From assembly GCA_045617985.1 (NCBI GenBank), contig JAZLJP010000010.1:9961-73960 (forward strand): a DNA stretch of 64,000 bases, given 5' to 3'. The notes under the pieces were generated by a model that was given only the letters and a program-made list of their open reading frames with translations, was not told the origin of the DNA and searched no databases. This DNA comes from Kiritimatiellia bacterium. GTDB taxonomy: Bacteria > Verrucomicrobiota > Kiritimatiellia > RFP12 > UBA1067. Below are positions 19,401 through 27,601 of the stretch, piece after piece. Both the position numbers and the translations under genes were made by a program. Positions within the stretch are counted from its first letter, which is position 1. The number at the start of each line of letters is the position of its first letter.

Positions 19401-19598
19401 CCGAATCACGTCCGTCGCCTTAGGCAGGTATTCGGTGTTCACAAACTGCGTTCCCGTCGATTCCACGAACTCGACGCGCGTGTAATCCGCCGGAAGCGGA
19501 TGTATGGGCGTGTAGTCGTCCGCCCAGAGCGTACTCACGAACACACTGCCCATGGCACAGACGCCAAAGGCGATTGCACGAGAGAATTTCAGGTTCAT
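16428..19598 (-). CDS. Large secreted protein: two lectin-like domains, passenger-associated beta-strand repeat, C-terminal GxxIxxR motif
   Basis: Signal peptide; duplicated ESTGTQ.IDT...DYIPC...GLWD domain; LVKEGEGTLVVAKSNQSYVNGTEIVAGT; ends GLRVLRGCQILFR. Confidence 0.85.
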   Translation of the reverse strand: MNLKFSRAIAFGVCAMGSVFVSTLWADDYTPIHPLPADYTRVEFVESTGTQFVNTEYLPKATDVIRAEMCVPHSQNTWAAAFGTRDKSSSHAFEFDVHGKVGSAGADFTLRYLRASASVVVVTNFFNRRVEIVCNGVNSTWKPVGEGVGTTVSASALNGDCVFPLYIFGLNNGGTCADSDKSKYKLFSFRVESADGAVRRDYIPCLNPAGDAGLWDTVEGKFAAKSGTLNGYRRLSFIESDGTQYIDTGVIPKESYEIKTDIYAYKVQASNWATAFAVRETGSTKAYEVAVRCGAGGTGQYRYLRGNAILGSNPAFYEQRISMNCTKTAMSWKPVGDENWTETLTGVKTSGDCAKTMVLFALRQGTATPTDKGKLRFYSFLMTTADGTPVCELVPALKNDGTIGMYDVNGYNTFRAKAAGNNLYPGCVCAVTGTVFQAYEGDLMKDDFAGFTRLEKVGNRVINAAGIETISIPLTVSEGTFSLQNEMIAACTVTSELTLRGGTTLAVDVMVTECDSLAPTAVIFAGASPENPLLVDVHKYGAAALRETPYVLISSGVDLPDGPVDFIRSTPSGDAMMTFSVANGQLLMQVNPNAVIEATWMNSGNGDIADSSNWQCKNALGETLEGALPTLDTLVILPAGCTFSCTNGAPFLCKAIAAPSSLGANCDWRGLNLALLTANGNIDLNGHVLQLSLSGVTPKSFAITDANGAGLVGEVHIDVPAGATATNDKIALLGNVKLVKEGEGTLVVAKSNQSYVNGTEIVAGTAKATLGINANKPWGLPDRASNTITIDAGGTLDVNGLYDYGHYGLILNGGTLANHGADLVNGSAKGYWCCGEVTLRANSTFDVAGSLRHNKNSEPYTIDLGGKTLTVNIAAGKDFTLDGCGTYKDGTMVAAGAGKFMIDTSTRPEVPEIYDARTLDLDLGVFFTINRGIQVRDLTLRYAGETASTGTGKIQVFGTYTPVTDYIYNVELQNGATIDLTDRQNAVDAVGKSLSFAAGASLIDVVMPSRHVPSGDYLIRWSAKPGVRFRAKNERASLVANDEGLRVLRGCQILFR

Positions 19599-22500
19599 TG
19601 CCGTTCCTCCTTGTTGGTGTTTTTTAAGGGTAATTCCACTTTGATCTTGAAGAGTTCCACCTGGGCGGGAGACGGTACGCGTACAACCGAGTACACGCGC
19701 CGGTCGCCGAGATCCGGCGCATAGGTGAAGCGGGGCGTACCATCGACGAGCGTGAACGAGGTGATGCGGAAATGGTCGTTCGGATCGGAGGGACTCGTTC
19801 CCGCCACGTAGTCCTGCCAGAGCGGAATGGACTTGCCCCAGGGCGAGGGCGTTTCAAGGACCACCTGCGCGAACTCGGCTGCGCTGGCCCAGGCAAGCGA
19901 CGGCCGCACCGCAACAGCCGCATCGCGAATCCATTGATGGGGCACGGCGGGTACCACACCGCCCATTCCGTCAATGGTCGGCGGCGTCGCATCGCGCGTC
20001 TCGTCCCAATCCGTTACGGTCACGAGAGCGAAGTTACGCGCAAGCGGCGCCCCTTCGCCGTCGTAGGCGATCAGCGAAAGGCAATTCGGGTTGCCCTTCG
20101 CCGCCGTCAACGCCGTAAACGGCACGACTGTTTCCACGGTTGCATTCGCTACAGGCGCCGTGCCCACCTTGAGTCCGTTCATGAAAAGATCAACGCTTGC
20201 CACGCGCAGGTCGCCGAGCGCGAATGCAAGCTTCAACGCCTGACCTTCCCGAAGAATTCCGGCAGGTGCATTCACGAACGCGAGCGGCAGGGTCACGGCA
20301 TCGGCCGTATACGGATGAGTGGATGGCGTTCCCGCATCGTCCGCCACTTTCCGAAGCGAGGCCATGAGCGTGGGCACATCGCGGAATTGCCGATCCATCC
20401 AGGCGAGACGTTTCGTCAGAAACGCCTTCAAAGTCGCAATCCCGCTCGCGAACGTTCCCGTTGCGCGCGGCCACTTCCGCGCATTCGCTACCCCGGCTTC
20501 GGCCAAATAGGCGGCATGTTCGTCGATCTTCGCAATCATCTCCACGAACTTTGCGCGCGCGGGCGGATACGCCGTCCACAGCAGCGTGCAAAACCACGGA
20601 TCGTCCGCCCATTCCTTGTAAAACGAGTAGGGAGCGTTCTTGACATCGTCATTCACAAGCCACCGTTCGGGATCGCGCCGCTCGAAGGCGGTTCGCTCGG
20701 GGTTGCCCATGTCGTAATCGAAGTCCCACACAGGGCCGAACTTCAGGAGCTCGCCGCGATCCTTGTAGGCGAATCGGCTCAACGAGCGTGCATCCCAGTT
20801 ACCGCACATTTCCATCACGAGGAAATAGCTGACCATCGAATCGACGTCGCAATACTCCGAGTAATGGCGCTCCGCAGCGGTTCCATCAAACGATGTGCAG
20901 GCATCGAAGAAGTTCTGCAGATAATCCTGGCACCACGTCATCATCGCCGGATTGGACGAAAGATATTCGGGCGAAACCACCTTCGTGAGCAGGCCCCGCA
21001 AGTTCCCGGATGAGAGCGTAAATTTCGAGCGCTCGTCATCCCGATAGTCGAACTCGAAAAGATAACCGCCGGAAAGATCGTCCACCGCAGGATCAACCCA
21101 CGAAAAATCCTTATCGCCCCCTTCGATGCCACGTGCCGCCGCTTCCTCTTCCCAGTCGAAAATGTCAACGCGGTTCTTGGCAATGCGCAGATGTTCGCAG
21201 AAAAGATAGCACCCTTGCCATTCGCCGTTCAGGACGCATTCGACCCATGTCGACTTCATGCCGAGCTGACCGATCGCGTTGGCGAAGTCATAGGCGAGCT
21301 TGTCGCGCATCTGCGTGGGATCGAGATAGTTCGCAAGCAACACCCAATGCTTCGACTTCGGAATGCCGAACATCTTTGCCTTCTCGTCGAGCTTGATCTT
21401 CCACGGTTTCTTTGCGTAGCCCGCCGTGGAATTCCCGCGAACCTTGATCGTCATCGTCCCGTCGTAGGGACTCTTCCATTCCTCGTTCCCCTGCGCATAG
21501 AGGCGCCCCGTATGTTCTTCCTTCTTCGCCGTCGGGGACTTGCCGTCATCTGTCGAGAGATAGAGGACGGGAAGCCGCGAGAAGAAAAGGTCGCGTTCCG
21601 CCCAAACCCCAAGGGCGTCGTTCACCTCGCATTTGAGCCAATGCCCACGGTCCGCAGCAACGGGCGAGTAGGAAGGCGTGGACGAAACAACGCTCCACCT
21701 CTCACGGGCCGTCCCTTCGCTTCGAAGCCACCGGTGTTCCACCGGCGGCGTAATACCGGCAAACGGCCGCGCCGTCATGCCCAACGGCACGCCCACGCGC
21801 GGGCGAGAAATATCCAGCTCGACCTTCGTGCGGATCGTACCGCTTTCAAGCGAAAGCACACCCTCCGCCGTTGGACGCACGAGCGCCGCGGCAAGAGTTG
21901 CCGTTTCACCGTTCCGTTCGAGCGCAACCGGTCCTGCGAGATGGACGAGTTCACCGGCGGCAGGCACTCTGCCATCCGACCAGTTGGTGGCGGCGTTCCA
22001 ATCGCCACCCGTACCGCCCACCCATTCTTTCGCAACCGATTCAACCGGCAACTCGCCCTGACGCGCCATGAACCCTGAAAACTGACAGTCCCCTACGATA
22101 CTCACACCCGCAATCGCCTTCATCGCTTCGCGGTCGACGGGAATCCATTTCGCTCCTGAAACGGCCGCCAGCTGCTCGTAGCCGGTCTCCGTCTCAACCG
22201 CCACGCCCACATACCCCGCGCCGCCGATTTCCTTCAGGATCACCCGCAGATCATACCAGCCATCGGTCTCGAAGATCAGGCCCGTCGCACAAAGACGCGT
22301 CCAACGCCCCGCCACGACCACCGCCACATCCAGACCTCCTCGAACTCCGGGAACGAAGGTGAGCAGAAATTTACAGTCTTCAACGGGACAACCAAAATCC
22401 GTCGCTTCTCCCGGACTGAACCGAATGTCAAAGGAGACGAGATCATTTGTCGCCACCGTCTCGGGAACAAAAGTAAGGGACGGCCAAACGTCAAATTCAC

Positions 22501-22702
22501 CTTGGAGGGCCATCGCCGAGAATCCGGCATCCGTCGTTCGATTCGCGACAACAGTTCCCCTCGGGACCGCCGGACTACCCCAGCTCCCGCCGTACGCACC
22601 TTTGTCCGACAAGTTTTCATTCACCCCGTAGTCTGAAAAGTCGCCCCCAAACCAAGGGAGAGAACTCGCGAACATGGCTCCCAAGAGCGTCCCCATGCTC
22701 AT
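19595..22702 (-). CDS. CotH-family kinase domain secreted protein
   Basis: IKVRGNST..YAKKPWKIKL, WVLLANYLD, GGYLFEFD, GPVWDFD; C-terminal DYVAGTSPSDP...FKIKVE region. Confidence 0.9.
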   Translation of the reverse strand: MSMGTLLGAMFASSLPWFGGDFSDYGVNENLSDKGAYGGSWGSPAVPRGTVVANRTTDAGFSAMALQGEFDVWPSLTFVPETVATNDLVSFDIRFSPGEATDFGCPVEDCKFLLTFVPGVRGGLDVAVVVAGRWTRLCATGLIFETDGWYDLRVILKEIGGAGYVGVAVETETGYEQLAAVSGAKWIPVDREAMKAIAGVSIVGDCQFSGFMARQGELPVESVAKEWVGGTGGDWNAATNWSDGRVPAAGELVHLAGPVALERNGETATLAAALVRPTAEGVLSLESGTIRTKVELDISRPRVGVPLGMTARPFAGITPPVEHRWLRSEGTARERWSVVSSTPSYSPVAADRGHWLKCEVNDALGVWAERDLFFSRLPVLYLSTDDGKSPTAKKEEHTGRLYAQGNEEWKSPYDGTMTIKVRGNSTAGYAKKPWKIKLDEKAKMFGIPKSKHWVLLANYLDPTQMRDKLAYDFANAIGQLGMKSTWVECVLNGEWQGCYLFCEHLRIAKNRVDIFDWEEEAAARGIEGGDKDFSWVDPAVDDLSGGYLFEFDYRDDERSKFTLSSGNLRGLLTKVVSPEYLSSNPAMMTWCQDYLQNFFDACTSFDGTAAERHYSEYCDVDSMVSYFLVMEMCGNWDARSLSRFAYKDRGELLKFGPVWDFDYDMGNPERTAFERRDPERWLVNDDVKNAPYSFYKEWADDPWFCTLLWTAYPPARAKFVEMIAKIDEHAAYLAEAGVANARKWPRATGTFASGIATLKAFLTKRLAWMDRQFRDVPTLMASLRKVADDAGTPSTHPYTADAVTLPLAFVNAPAGILREGQALKLAFALGDLRVASVDLFMNGLKVGTAPVANATVETVVPFTALTAAKGNPNCLSLIAYDGEGAPLARNFALVTVTDWDETRDATPPTIDGMGGVVPAVPHQWIRDAAVAVRPSLAWASAAEFAQVVLETPSPWGKSIPLWQDYVAGTSPSDPNDHFRITSFTLVDGTPRFTYAPDLGDRRVYSVVRVPSPAQVELFKIKVELPLKNTNKEERQ

Positions 22703-22798
22703 TTTTATTCCTTAAAGAACATGAACATACGAATCAGTAAGTCAAAATCTCCATGTCACGAAACCCATGGATTGGGAATCTCCGCAAAAAGAGACACA

Positions 22799-25700
22799 TC
22801 ACCTGAGGATGATCATGATCCCGCTTCGGAAATAGAGACCATCGTCCTTTATTCCAAGCCGTCCCACGATTCCCGGCACCAACTTGAACGTGACGCTTGC
22901 TGCGGGCTTCGTCGGCCACGCAACCAACTGATCGTCTGGCTTCACTTTGCGCCTATCGAAATCGACGGTGATCGTCGCATCGGCGGTGAAAGTCAGTTTC
23001 GCGGCATCCAGGGGGAGCGTGCAATCCGAGAGGTTCAACTTCGAACCGTCCTTCAGCGTGTACTTCGCGGCCGTATCAGCAACCATCGGATGATATGTGC
23101 CGTTGACGGAAATCATCCCGTTACCGCTCACCGCTGCGCCGGGACGCACAGTCCAGTCGTGCACCTCGGCCGGCACTGCGACCGTCGTCTTGGCGGCGAT
23201 GTCGAAGTCTGCCGCCGCCGCGCGCAGAGAAGTCTTGTCGATTGCGAACGTACCCGCGCCGGAAATCTTGAAAAGACCCGCCGTCACGTCGGCATTATCA
23301 AGCCAGAACCCTTTGCCGTTCGCAACGACGACATCGAGTTCATACCCGCCGAGGTCAAGACGGGTCGGCGCATAATTGCTTCCGATCAACCCCAACGAGA
23401 ACGCGCAGTCGATCGACGAATCGTCCTCCAACGCGACTTTCGCGTTCTGCGCCCACGAATTCGTAATGTCCTTCGTCGAGTTGACGAGGCGGCCACCCGC
23501 CAAAACGGGGAAGAACAACACGTCGCCGCAACCACGAAGGTCTAAAATCGCCCCCGTAAACACCGTGACCGGCGTATCGCGCATTCCAAGATCGTTGGTG
23601 TAGCCACCACCGCCTCTCTTGAGCATCCCCGCGAGGATATCCGTACCGGCCGTGTAGGACTGCGTATTCCTCGTCGCGACGAACACCCCCGGGCCATCCT
23701 TGACGAATCGCAGGTTGCCGCTGAGCGTACAACCCGTGTTGTCAACCGTCTTTCCCTCGGCAACCGTAACATGGAATTCGCCAGAGACGTCTTCACCAGA
23801 CGAGGTAATCTCGCCGGAAGAGGGAACATCCGTCATCATAAGCGAATTCCCTGCGAGGTCGAGGGCACCGTCAATCACGAAGTCGTCCATGGCGCTCCAG
23901 TCGCAGTCATCCGCGAGCGTGCAACCGGCGAATCTGGCGAGTCCCCAGTTCCGATCCGCAGCGGAGGTGACGTTAAAGGCGATCGGCCCACCAAACGTCA
24001 CCGCTGTAATGCCCGCGCGCGGAAGCGCGTCGGCGAGTTCCACGCCGAAGAAATTGGTACACGCCCAGTTCGCGGCCGCATTCAGGTCTCCGCTCGTGCC
24101 CCCCTTCCAAGTCGCCGTAAAGGGCAACTGGTCATCGGCGGTCATCGTGCCTGAAAGCGACTTGCCCATATAGCCGGCGGCGGCTTTCTCCTCGCCCGCC
24201 ACGAGCACACCGCCGTCCGTGGGCGTAATGAAGCGCCCGCTCACGCAGTCGAAGAATCCTGCCGTTCCCGCGGCAGTCTTCACAGGAAGATAGTCGAGGA
24301 TCTTGCGCCCGTCCTTGCCTTCCATGGTCAGATAATACCACCAGCCATAAGTGTGGTTGCCGGAATCATCCGGGAGACGCCCGAGGTAGAGATCCAAACC
24401 TTTGGTTCCCAGCGGCGAGGACCAAATGGCGCTGCCCGCCTGGGGAATCACCTCTGCGCCATTGAGGGTGAGGGTATGGCCCGAATACTTGACGTCGTTG
24501 CAAGCATTATCGGAAAGAGGGTTGTTCGTATACTTATAGGTATAGTTTTCGTAAGACCACTGCGCAGCGACCGTTGTCTTCAAGTCGGGATACGACGAAC
24601 CGGCCATATAGAGCCGGAAACCCGAATTACCGGTCGAACCGCCGGTTCCTGACCCGAAATACGTCGCGTACTTGCTCATGAGACCCGTGCAATAATATCC
24701 CAGCACGAAACCATAGACATTGTAATCGCGAATGCCAGTATCAATCCCGTCGTCATTGGAATCCAACTGCACCCGGGCAAGGGGCGTGTACGCATCACCC
24801 GCGAAAACGCGGAAGAGCCGCCCCTCATCGAGCCCCTGCGCAACGAGATCGACAGTATAGGTACCGCCTTCGGCGGGAACAGACGCAGCGAGTTCCAACC
24901 GGTCGCTCCAGGCGGCGAGGTCGTCACCACCATCGGTCGTGCCGTGCGCGAGGAAGAGCTTCGTTCCCTGGCCGTAGCCGGCATTCACCCGAACCGTGAG
25001 CGTGGCCCCGGCCGTCTTGTCGATCGACACTTCCGCCGGCCGTTTCGCAAGCTGCGGGAAGCTCCAAATCTTGCCCACCGGGAGCGTCACCGCAGTTGCC
25101 GCGTTGGTGGTGGTGCCGGCCGTAAGCGCCCCCACGCCGGTCGCGGCAACGAAATTGCCGCTTGCCCGATCGAAAAATCCCACCACGTTGTTTTTGACAG
25201 CCGGCACATAGTCCAGCATCAGATCCCCGAACCGATCGTAGAACTTCACATAATACCATTTCGTGCGCGAGTCGGTTGTCGTTGCATCCCCGCTTCGGTT
25301 GAGACTGAGGGTGTGGCCGGAGAGCCCCACCGGCGACGTCACCCACGCCGAGGCGCCAGAGGCTATTTTGCTGTCTACGCCGTTGAACTTCAACGAATTG
25401 GCGCGGAAAACGCAAGTGTTCATCTGGTCTTTCTTGAGATCCACCACATTGTTATACGTATACTTGCCATCCGTCATACGTGCAAAATTCACCTTCAACC
25501 CCGTCTTCGCATGCCACAGCGACATGCCTCCTGATGAACCGGCAATCGACACGAGAATGGACGGATACCCATAGGAAGTGGAATCGACGGAAACGCTTCC
25601 CCGCGCCGTCGGGCAGAATCCCACATCCAGGGCGTAGACATCCGTGTCCTTGACGCCCGTATCGAGCCAGGTGTTCTCTGAATTGCTCCAAGCGTAGTCG

Positions 25701-26062
25701 AGCAGGGTGTAGGCGCCCGTCGTGAACAGCCTGAAACAGGCATCAGCCGCCACGCCGAGGTCGGCCAGCGCAACGGTGAACGCAGCACCTTCGGCCGGGA
25801 TCGACTCGCTCAACGTCGTAGCGTTCGTCCAATCGGAACGATTGAGACTGCGGTCAAACGGCGCGAACTTGCTTGCGGCGCCTGTCGAAGCGTCATAGGC
25901 CAGTTCAAGCCTGCAACCGGTCAACAATCCCGCCGGCACATTCACCACCAATGCCGTCGCATCGTCGTTGATATCGAGCGTCACCTCGGCGCCTGTCAAA
26001 GAGAACACCGCGAACAACACCGCACCGACCAAACCACGGTGGATAATCTTCTGAGACATCAT
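22799..26062 (-). CDS. Large secreted protein, paralog of 16428-19598
   Basis: Signal peptide; two ..DTG...LDY.P....GFFD..SG.F domains; FVKDGPGVFVATRNTQSYTAGTDILAG; ends GLYFRSGIMIILR. Confidence 0.85.
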   Translation of the reverse strand: MMSQKIIHRGLVGAVLFAVFSLTGAEVTLDINDDATALVVNVPAGLLTGCRLELAYDASTGAASKFAPFDRSLNRSDWTNATTLSESIPAEGAAFTVALADLGVAADACFRLFTTGAYTLLDYAWSNSENTWLDTGVKDTDVYALDVGFCPTARGSVSVDSTSYGYPSILVSIAGSSGGMSLWHAKTGLKVNFARMTDGKYTYNNVVDLKKDQMNTCVFRANSLKFNGVDSKIASGASAWVTSPVGLSGHTLSLNRSGDATTTDSRTKWYYVKFYDRFGDLMLDYVPAVKNNVVGFFDRASGNFVAATGVGALTAGTTTNAATAVTLPVGKIWSFPQLAKRPAEVSIDKTAGATLTVRVNAGYGQGTKLFLAHGTTDGGDDLAAWSDRLELAASVPAEGGTYTVDLVAQGLDEGRLFRVFAGDAYTPLARVQLDSNDDGIDTGIRDYNVYGFVLGYYCTGLMSKYATYFGSGTGGSTGNSGFRLYMAGSSYPDLKTTVAAQWSYENYTYKYTNNPLSDNACNDVKYSGHTLTLNGAEVIPQAGSAIWSSPLGTKGLDLYLGRLPDDSGNHTYGWWYYLTMEGKDGRKILDYLPVKTAAGTAGFFDCVSGRFITPTDGGVLVAGEEKAAAGYMGKSLSGTMTADDQLPFTATWKGGTSGDLNAAANWACTNFFGVELADALPRAGITAVTFGGPIAFNVTSAADRNWGLARFAGCTLADDCDWSAMDDFVIDGALDLAGNSLMMTDVPSSGEITSSGEDVSGEFHVTVAEGKTVDNTGCTLSGNLRFVKDGPGVFVATRNTQSYTAGTDILAGMLKRGGGGYTNDLGMRDTPVTVFTGAILDLRGCGDVLFFPVLAGGRLVNSTKDITNSWAQNAKVALEDDSSIDCAFSLGLIGSNYAPTRLDLGGYELDVVVANGKGFWLDNADVTAGLFKISGAGTFAIDKTSLRAAAADFDIAAKTTVAVPAEVHDWTVRPGAAVSGNGMISVNGTYHPMVADTAAKYTLKDGSKLNLSDCTLPLDAAKLTFTADATITVDFDRRKVKPDDQLVAWPTKPAASVTFKLVPGIVGRLGIKDDGLYFRSGIMIILR

Positions 26063-26152
26063 CTTCGCTTCTTTCAGCTTAATTGTTTTTTAAACGTAGT
26101 CGAGGGAAGATTAATCCCCCTCGCTTCAACCCAGAATCCCATAAACGTTCGT

Positions 26153-26183
26153 ATTCTAACATTTATCCCCCCCCCACCGTCAA
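26153..26183 (-). promoter_or_regulatory. Promoter with G9 tract in spacer
   Basis: TTGACG(26183-26178)-19 nt containing G9 (C9 at 26167-26175)-TAGAAT(26158-26153), with TG extension. Confidence 0.7.
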
Positions 26184-26240
26184 TTAGAAATTTTGAAAAT
26201 AAATTACCCGGAATCTTTCCACCGACAATTCTCGAAAGCA

Positions 26241-26319
26241 AAGGTTCAACGGGGACTGTCCCCATGCCAAGGTTCACTGGGGACTGTCCCCATGCTGACT
26301 CACTGGGGACTGTCCCCAT
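26241..26319. repeat. Three tandem REP-like palindromes GGGGACTGTCCCC
   Basis: Cores at 26251-26263, 26279-26291, 26305-26317 in ~26-28 bp units with related flanks (GGTTCA(A)C...CATGC). Confidence 0.9.
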
Positions 26320-27550
26320 TCTGACGATTTTCCCAATACCGACAGCGTTTCGCTTTGTTGGCATTATGACGATTCCCGATGAACAGGCAGATCATGACCC
26401 CAAGAATGACCATTTCAACGAGCATGAACCCCGTCAAACGGCCCTGCGAGCCCAGATAACGCCGAACAATATCCAGCGGCACAATGACGGGCAGCGCAAA
26501 GAAGAATGCGATGAACGTCCACAGGCCCGTCTTGCAGAGAAAGCGGCGAATCGATCCGTGAGACTCCTTCGAACGAGCCGCATTTCCGCGACTGGAAAAT
26601 ACGAGTTCCACAAACTCGGCAAAGGTCTGTTCGGGCTGCAGCTTGTCCCTCGGGAGCTCACACTGGAATTCCTCTTCGATCTGCATCAGCGCTTCCACAT
26701 CATCCAAGTCGCCCCAATAATCGAGCCGATGAATGCCCCCCATCGTATCAGCCGGAAGAAGATTCGCCGACTCGCACTGAAATGCGCCCTTCACGATCTC
26801 CGCGCACCGCTTTGCAACGGCCTCGATTTCATCCGAGGGCCAGAATCCGGCACCCCACGTGTACGGACGCGCCGCCAATTGAGCATGCGCGGCATCCGCA
26901 ACGTGCGAATCGGGGCCCAGTTCCAGTCTCCAGAACGACGGTTTTCGCTCGACCTCCGCAGGAGGCTCGACAAGCGGCTTCAGCTCGGCCAGGTCGTCGC
27001 AGTTCATAACGGACGTGAGGCGGATGTCGTGCGGCTCCGCCGAAAGCGCGTCCACGAGCTGGAAGGTGTACGCAATCCCGATCTTCACGGCGCGTTTGGA
27101 CGTCTTGCCGAGCAGTCGGTCATACCAGCCGCCACCGTAGCCGAGACGCCCGCCGTCCTTCGTGAAGGCAAGCCCCGGCACCAGCCACGCGTGGACCTCC
27201 TCAGGACGAACCACCGGCCCCGCAGGCGGCTCGAGAATGCCATGCGGCCCCTTTACCAGCGTTTCGGGAGCGCCGACTTTCACGAGTTCATATTCGTTCC
27301 CGTTCCATCGCGGCGCCACCAGCGTGCAGCCAAACGATTGTGCGGCCGAAATGAAGTCCGCAAGATCGATCTCGTCCTTCGAGGCCAGATAGACGGCGAT
27401 CACCCCTTTCTTCGAAATCACCGTTCCCAGTTCCGGACACGCCGTAAAAAGCCGTTTCGAAAGCGCCCTTCCAGCCGCATCCCGCGCGCTCGGCGTCACC
27501 GCCTTCCGCCGCAAACGCATCGCCGCGCGAATCTCGTTCTTTGTCGCCAT
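26300..27550 (-). CDS. 5-formyltetrahydrofolate cyclo-ligase fused to an ACP-like domain and two TM helices
   Basis: MATKNEIRAAMR start; VPGLAF..DGGRLGYGGGWYDRLL and EPHD motifs; then GDLDDVEALMQIEEEFQCELP...TFAEFVELV; hydrophobic tail. Confidence 0.85.
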   Translation of the reverse strand: MATKNEIRAAMRLRRKAVTPSARDAAGRALSKRLFTACPELGTVISKKGVIAVYLASKDEIDLADFISAAQSFGCTLVAPRWNGNEYELVKVGAPETLVKGPHGILEPPAGPVVRPEEVHAWLVPGLAFTKDGGRLGYGGGWYDRLLGKTSKRAVKIGIAYTFQLVDALSAEPHDIRLTSVMNCDDLAELKPLVEPPAEVERKPSFWRLELGPDSHVADAAHAQLAARPYTWGAGFWPSDEIEAVAKRCAEIVKGAFQCESANLLPADTMGGIHRLDYWGDLDDVEALMQIEEEFQCELPRDKLQPEQTFAEFVELVFSSRGNAARSKESHGSIRRFLCKTGLWTFIAFFFALPVIVPLDIVRRYLGSQGRLTGFMLVEMVILGVMICLFIGNRHNANKAKRCRYWENRQNGDSPQ

Positions 27551-27601
27551 AAGGATAGCAATCGCCAAAAATCCAATACCAGCCCTTCCGTTCAGCAAAA
27601 A

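Noticed and set aside
16428-19598. Classical type Va autotransporter call (also 22799 and 62404)
   Set aside because: No C-terminal beta-barrel or terminal aromatic residue; the proteins end in a short motif with Arg.
22720-22798. Small hairpins (CCATG...CATGG) between the two surface genes as ncRNA or terminator
   Set aside because: Stems are short, with no U-tract following and no recognisable family.
26241-26319. Possible mini CRISPR array
   Set aside because: Core repeat is 13 bp, spacers are 13-15 bp and similar to each other, and no cas genes are present; it fits a REP-like tandem.
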